Assembly (NCBI GenBank): GCA_977018835.1
Contig: OZ361256.1
Location: forward strand, 2,170,001-2,234,000
Source: Minutocellus sp. GHC0000111
Lineage: Eukaryota
Direction of reading: 5' to 3'
Length of the DNA stretch: 64,000 nucleotides
Position 1 is the first letter of the stretch, and every line of letters begins with the position of its first letter. A program made the translations under genes and the position numbers. This document shows positions 58,520 through 64,000 of this stretch, piece by piece. The notes below the pieces were generated by a model. It worked only from the letters and a program-made list of their open reading frames with translations. It did no database searches and had not been told where the DNA came from.

Positions 58520-60031
58520 TCATGCCTGCTTTCGTTGCTCGTAGTCTTCGTCATCGGAATCTTTATTCTCGGAGGTAGTGTCCTTGTTCTTATAATTTCC
58601 GTCGGTATTGTCGTCATCCTTCTTCTTATCGTCATCGCCACCTCCACCGAAGAATCTTTCGAAAGCCGAACCGACGGCCTGCTTGATACCACCGGAAATG
58701 CCACGTCCAGCATTCTTGGTCTCCTCATCAAACTCTCGAAGGAGCTCCTCCTGTCTCGGAGTAATCTCCTTCGGAATTTCAATCTTGAGATGAACAATTT
58801 GGTTGCCCTTCATGGCACCGTGCAGCCTTTGGATGCCCTTTCCTCGGAGGGCAAGCTTGGCACCGGGTTGACATCCCTTTGGAACAGTTACTTCCACAGT
58901 ACCTGTGAGGGTTTTAACATCGACCGTACCACCGAGGATGGCCTGAACGACGGAGATGGGGACCTCGGTGTGAACATCGGATCCATCTCGCTGGAAATAT
59001 TCGTCATCATCTACAATGACCTGGACAATGAGGTTGCCCCTCGGTGCTCCAGGATCACCTTCAGCGCCCTGCCCACTGAGACGGAGGTTCATGCCATGAT
59101 CGATACCAGGCGGCGTCTCCACGGTAACCTCCCGCTCCTTCACCTCCACACCACCCGTCTCTGCATTGCGCACCTGATATCTCAGATGCAGATCCTTGGA
59201 CGAACCAAAGACGGCCTCCTGGAAGGACAGTCGGACATGCATCTGCAAATCCGCACCGCGCCGAGGACCACGAGGACGCCGCCGACCAGCACCGAAGAAG
59301 GCATCGAACAGCTCCTCGGCATCGATCTCCTGACCACCGGGTCCACCGGCAGACGAAAAGTGAAAGGATCCATCGCCAAAGTTGAACCCATCAAATCCCT
59401 GAAAGCCACCGGCACCCCCGAACGGGTTGCCGCCCATCCCGCCGGGTCCGCCGCCGCCGAAGCCGGAATTGGGATCCACCCCGGCATGTCCGAACTGATC
59501 GTACAGCTCCCGCTGCTTGTCGTCCGACAGCACCTCGTACGCCTCCGTCACCTCCTTGAACTTGTCGGCGGCCTTCTCGTCGTCCTTGTTGGTGTCGGGA
59601 TGGTACTGCTTGGCCAGCTTGAAGTAGGCCTTCTTGATGGTGCCCTTGTCGGATCCGCGGGCTACGCCGAGGACGTCGTAGAAATCGCGCTTGGAGCCGG
59701 AAGACAGGATGCGGATGGAGCCGATCTTGCTGGACAGGGGTTCCGATGCAGAGGACTTCGAGGATTTGTTATCAAATTTGGCACCGCCAGTGGGCCACGA
59801 CGATCGGGCATGAATATGGATGGGCCGACTTCCAGCAATTGCATTGTTCGCAGCAGATGACGAAGCAGCAGCGGAAGATGATGTGCCAATGTTCAAGAGA
59901 GAGGACGCCGCAACCGAGGCGGCGGCTACAGATCCACCACCAGCACTACGCCCCGCAATCTGTGCGGCCAGCGATCGACGCGTCACTGCCGCCGCCGCAG
60001 AGGACATGGTAGAGCAAGGTAAAGTTGTCAT
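58520..60031 (-). CDS. dnaJ: DnaJ/Hsp40 chaperone, probably mitochondrial, lacking CxxCxGxG zinc fingers
   Basis: [14 protein letters not shown]-rich region, C-terminal DnaJ domains; Arg/Ser/Ala-rich presequence. Confidence 0.9.
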   Translation of the reverse strand: MTTLPCSTMSSAAAAVTRRSLAAQIAGRSAGGGSVAAASVAASSLLNIGTSSSAAASSSAANNAIAGSRPIHIHARSSWPTGGAKFDNKSSKSSASEPLSSKIGSIRILSSGSKRDFYDVLGVARGSDKGTIKKAYFKLAKQYHPDTNKDDEKAADKFKEVTEAYEVLSDDKQRELYDQFGHAGVDPNSGFGGGGPGGMGGNPFGGAGGFQGFDGFNFGDGSFHFSSAGGPGGQEIDAEELFDAFFGAGRRRPRGPRRGADLQMHVRLSFQEAVFGSSKDLHLRYQVRNAETGGVEVKEREVTVETPPGIDHGMNLRLSGQGAEGDPGAPRGNLIVQVIVDDDEYFQRDGSDVHTEVPISVVQAILGGTVDVKTLTGTVEVTVPKGCQPGAKLALRGKGIQRLHGAMKGNQIVHLKIEIPKEITPRQEELLREFDEETKNAGRGISGGIKQAVGSAFERFFGGGGDDDKKKDDDNTDGNYKNKDTTSENKDSDDEDYEQRKQA

Positions 60032-60302
60032 GGTGGCCTTCTTTCTTCTTCGTTGAAATTCTGAGATTTTCGCCTCGGCGCCTCTCTCGCAAAAAATTTG
60101 TGGACTGGCGCACAGACGGGAAACGGGCGAACATGCATGGAAAAAGACGAACACGAAGGGGAGTGGAGATCGAGAACGACGACGAAGCAATGAACGAAGA
60201 CGTGGCCGCGACCATTGCAACCATATTCGGCACCTGGGGTTCGCCACCCAAGAACTCAACAATAGCAGCATCTGCCCTCGAAAGCATTTATTGGAACACA
60301 CA

Positions 60303-60731
60303 ATGTGCACTCGCATAAGATCAGCCTTTGTCGTTGCGGTCGCTGCCGTCGCCACCGGCACAACTGCCCAGGCATTCGTCGTCCCATCAGTTTCTTGCTC
60401 GGTGACGACGAATGCGATGGGCAATAACCGCATTGGACCCCTGCACATGTCGTATTACGATTCGTCGGGATCGTTCGACTCGCAGATTGAGGAGATTGAG
60501 TTCAAGATTTATCCCGATGGGCGTATCGAAGAGACAGTGCGGGGAGTCAAGGGCGAGAACTGCCACGAGGTGACCGAGGCCATCAATTCCATGCTGGGCA
60601 AGACCACCGCGAGCAAACCCACCGAGGAGATGTACGAGACGGAGATCGAGATCACCAACACCGTCCAGCAGAAGGCCGGGACCGATGACAATGCCTCCTC
60701 GGGTGGTTGGGAGGGATCGTCTAGTTGGTAG
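60303..60731 (+). CDS. Plastid-targeted DUF2997-family protein
   Basis: Signal peptide plus AQAF motif; [38 protein letters not shown]. Confidence 0.8.
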   Translation: MCTRIRSAFVVAVAAVATGTTAQAFVVPSVSCSVTTNAMGNNRIGPLHMSYYDSSGSFDSQIEEIEFKIYPDGRIEETVRGVKGENCHEVTEAINSMLGKTTASKPTEEMYETEIEITNTVQQKAGTDDNASSGGWEGSSSW

Positions 60732-60930
60732 AGGAGCCAGATGCGGGGCGTATTTGCCGAGGTGACCCTTACTACTACGTAGGCTAGCACGTAGCACGTA
60801 GAAGTGCTTGGCCTTCCTGATATAATTAGAATATTAGACATTCTACTTTTGAGAGTACTAGTACGTGCTATGTGTAAGTATGTGTGTTCTCAAATGGTGA
60901 AATGCACTTGGCAAAGTATGACAACCCGCC

Positions 60931-61977
60931 TTATAACTCAGACTGCCTTCCAAGTTTGGCTGGTTCCGATGCCGTGACCTTGAGATTTGGAGTTTCGGCA
61001 TAGAGCCGATTCGTCATGTATGCTAACAAGCCTTGCGTTGTGAGACCGACATCCTCCTTCACCTGTTGCAAAACATTGGCCTCCGTCTCATAGGAGAAGG
61101 ATATCTCTTGTGCCCGGAGCCGAGCCTCTGTGAGTTTGAGATCAGCATCGTTCACTGCCGTCTGATTGATCTTCTTGGCCTCTTCGGCAGCGGCAAGAAG
61201 TTTTGTTCGCGCCTTGGTGGTTTCCTGTGTCCTTTGATTTTTTGCCAAGGCAATATCCTCCGAGGCTTGTTGCTTTTCGGACACTGCCTTGCGATATTCC
61301 TCTGGCAACTTGACAATTTTAAGTTGAAGCGAAATAGCCTTCGCATATACGCCATCAGAGCCAGTTCCATCTGTCCCCTCAAGCCGAACAGCCAGAGTTT
61401 CCTCCATGGTGGATTGAATGATTCCTCTCTTATTCTGAAAGTTGGAAACTTCAAACAAGCTGCAAGTGTGTTGCACAGCACTATCACCAGCAGCAGCCAC
61501 AATTCTCGCCCAGCCTTCGAAATCGCGATATTTTAGAATGGCAGGAAGGAGCCAATTTTCGGGCATTTGATACTGGAATGTCACCTCGTAGACAACTCTC
61601 AAACCATCCTTTGAGACGCACGTAGACTCGACGTCTTCCGTGATGTACAAAGATGGAAACTTGATGAACGAAAAGCCGGGAGGGCCCGTGTACAACCCCC
61701 CACTCTTGGCGGCATCGGCCAATTTCTTGCTGTATTTCGTGTACGAGACACCGTACTCGGTAGAGCTCACCTTCTTGAGACTCATGCCGATCAATATCGA
61801 CGCGACAAGAAGCAGAATGGCGATGGTGCCACAGCAGAATCGATTTCGGAACTTTGGATCTTTGTGGAATCTGGAATTTTCCCAGCAATCGCCACATGTA
61901 GGCGTGGGCATTCGCATTCTCGTCGTCGGCAGCGTGTCGTTCGCATTATGATTCTCCTGAGAATCACTGCGAAACAT
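60931..61977 (-). CDS. SPFH/band-7 domain membrane protein 1
   Basis: N-terminal TM helix, EYGV, GLYTGPPGFSFIKFP, SKDGL..VTFQY, LQLKIVKLPEEY, Ala/Glu coiled-coil tail. Confidence 0.8.
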   Translation of the reverse strand: MFRSDSQENHNANDTLPTTRMRMPTPTCGDCWENSRFHKDPKFRNRFCCGTIAILLLVASILIGMSLKKVSSTEYGVSYTKYSKKLADAAKSGGLYTGPPGFSFIKFPSLYITEDVESTCVSKDGLRVVYEVTFQYQMPENWLLPAILKYRDFEGWARIVAAAGDSAVQHTCSLFEVSNFQNKRGIIQSTMEETLAVRLEGTDGTGSDGVYAKAISLQLKIVKLPEEYRKAVSEKQQASEDIALAKNQRTQETTKARTKLLAAAEEAKKINQTAVNDADLKLTEARLRAQEISFSYETEANVLQQVKEDVGLTTQGLLAYMTNRLYAETPNLKVTASEPAKLGRQSEL

Positions 61978-62448
61978 GGCGACGCGGCTGTTGCAAAGAC
62001 AAAGCTTGATTGTAGACAGCTGATATTTCAGTACTATTGCTCAAAAGGCGAGGGTGTGATATCGTGGAATGAATTGATTTGAGTATTGAAGTCAGTTCCC
62101 TCCGCCGCTTGCTCGAGTTCGCTTCGACGCGGCAGGCGCACTACTGTACCAATTGGTAGTAGGCGCGGGACTGACGGCAAGATCCAAGAAAGGCGGAGAT
62201 TACTTCAGTGAAACTAAATGGAAACCTAAAACCAACAGAATTGATGTCCTTTCACGAGTAAGAGACACGGATAGCGCTTTTTAAATTTCATTTCCCACAA
62301 AAATCGCCTTTGTAGGAAAATTTGGCGCAAAGATCTCAAATCGTGCCAGCCTGCAGCTACTCGTAGCACATTCAAAGCGATACATGATCCACGGCAGAAG
62401 CAAGAAGTCCTCATTGCGCATTTCATTGATAACATCTAGTCACCAAAT

Positions 62449-63397
62449 ATGGCATCAGATAGCGCAATCTGCTTTGGATTCTGCGCCTTTGTTGCCGTCC
62501 TCCTCATCGTCATTCTCGTTCCGCTGAGTTTTTCCTACGTCGACTACTACGAATGATTATGGCCTCGCGCAAAGAACAACCACCGGATCTGTTGACACCA
62601 GCCGGGTGTACACGAAAGGACGATACAGTCTCGGCCCGACCTACAAATTCCTCAAGTACAAGGCCGATGCGCACTTTTTGGAACTCAAACAACTGTCTGT
62701 GTTCAGTTCTGGAGCCACCGAAGAAAGCATCGGTACCAGCTTCAAGCTGGACATCACACTCACTTATCTACTGCGAAAGGATGAGGTGGGCGACCTACAC
62801 AGAGAATCGGCCTCGACGTACAGACAGGTGATCGAATCGAGAGCCAAGGAGGCAATTAAGAACGAGGCCATCTTCATCACATTCAATGAATACTTTACAG
62901 AACGAGCCAAAGTCGAAAAGAGACTTCGAAATGCTGTGGTGAAGCGATGGAATGATAATCCAAACGTACATGCCAAGTTGGACCAATTCCTGCTTGGGCG
63001 TATTGCTATTCCCGAAGAAGTCGCAGAAAAGCAGCTCGAGGCTAAGATTCAAAATGAAAAGAATTCACGAGAGAACTTTCTCCAGCAAGCTAGGATCGAG
63101 CGGGAATTGACGTCAGTCGAAGTAAATAGTATCCTACTCGAGAGAGAAAAGCTATTGCGAACAGTCAACGCGGAGGCCAAGCTCACCACGGCCAAGGCTA
63201 CGGCGGAAAGCCAGAAGATTCTCGCTGATGCGGAGAAGGAAAGTGCGCTAAACTTGTTCACAGCGTCAGGAATTACAGAGCAAGAACACAAGATTGCATT
63301 TGCATACATTCGGACACTGATGGAACGTGGAAATGCAACTGAGCTCGATATCAGCTATCTCAGTCCTGACTCGGTGCTACGAACAAAGACTGTGTGA
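62449..63397 (+). CDS. SPFH/band-7 domain membrane protein 2; frameshift at ~62551-62557
   Basis: MASDSAICFGFCAFVAVLLIVILVPLSFSYVDYYE* then YGLAQRTTTGSVDTSRVYTKGRY..GP in another frame; LGRIAIPEEV, coiled-coil tail. Confidence 0.8.
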
Positions 63398-63578
63398 AAT
63401 TGAGATGTGGGGTAGAGTATTCGTCCTTGCATTTTTGCATTTCTCCTGTTAGGTTGGTAATAAACAGATGATACATGATACCGCACGCTGTATTAACGAT
63501 ATAATATAAGGAACAAATCGAATCTCAACAGCGTAGATTAGAAGATAAGACTACAGCAGAGATATCTCTCTAAATAAT

Positions 63579-64000
63579 TCAAATTTCGCCCCATAATCTA
63601 CGGTAATGAGCGGCGGCGACTGTTCCTTCTGGAAGAGTCACGGCGCCATGATTGTATAGCATCGCTTCTCTCCATTGAACGCTGCTTGTTACCGATAATG
63701 CTGAAACCTGCAAAAGAGCGGCGTTCACATCATTGTCAGCGTCATTGCTTCGGTGATGGTTATTGTTGACAGGTAGCTCAAAGGAAGCAAACAAACCCCA
63801 ACAGGACTCAAAGCAGAAACCCCAATTACCAGTCGGCGACCTTCGAACGACGTAGGTAGGGACGTCACGATTACCAACTGTGAGTCGGATGTATGCTCCT
63901 TCTGGACGGCTTGGCATGTCGATTGGGTCCGAAACAAAGCGCCAGCGAATTTCGATTTTTGGACGACGGCTGTCATGAATTCCTTCTGCCATACGATTTG
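63579..64000 (-). CDS. 3' end of a conserved-looking hypothetical protein (5' end outside window)
   Basis: WRFV..VPTYVVRRSPTGNWGFCFESCWGLFASFELP motif-rich ORF open to the window edge. Confidence 0.6.
   Translation of the reverse strand, partial: NRMAEGIHDSRRPKIEIRWRFVSDPIDMPSRPEGAYIRLTVGNRDVPTYVVRRSPTGNWGFCFESCWGLFASFELPVNNNHHRSNDADNDVNAALLQVSALSVTSSVQWREAMLYNHGAVTLPEGTVAAAHYRRLWGEI

Noticed and set aside
58496..59860. 454-aa plus-strand ORF
   Set aside because: Antisense shadow of DnaJ caused by codon bias; no independent protein features

Overview
Gene-dense eukaryotic nuclear DNA, very probably a diatom: short GT-AG introns, bipartite plastid presequences with ASAF/AQAF motifs, and lineage-type Q-rich proteins. 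About 28 protein-coding loci are visible. They include AIM24-like, a P1B heavy-metal ATPase, 2 PMP3 peptides, 2 receptor-like RING-H2 proteins, a nucleoside hydrolase, 2 paralogous PH-like proteins, Aurora kinase, a DegT-type aminotransferase, Csm1-like, VASt, TRM13, FAD synthase, ModF-like ABC ATPase, an IQ protein, Prp22/DHX8, CBP/p300, an APC amino-acid permease, a plastid SET protein, DnaJ, DUF2997 and 2 SPFH proteins. Mobile DNA comprises a complete 2.68-kb PIF/Harbinger transposon (34-bp TIRs, TGA TSD) whose second ORF looks like a Cys/His zinc finger rather than Myb/SANT, a ~206-bp MITE, and a microsatellite/palindrome-rich patch at 51.5-52.6 kb. The most striking window-wide signal is about ten frameshifts or premature stops in otherwise conserved genes, plus substitutions in normally invariant Prp22 and Aurora motifs. 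This suggests either a decaying haplotype/duplicate segment or a low-accuracy consensus. All family assignments are from motif recognition by eye; no database searches were run.
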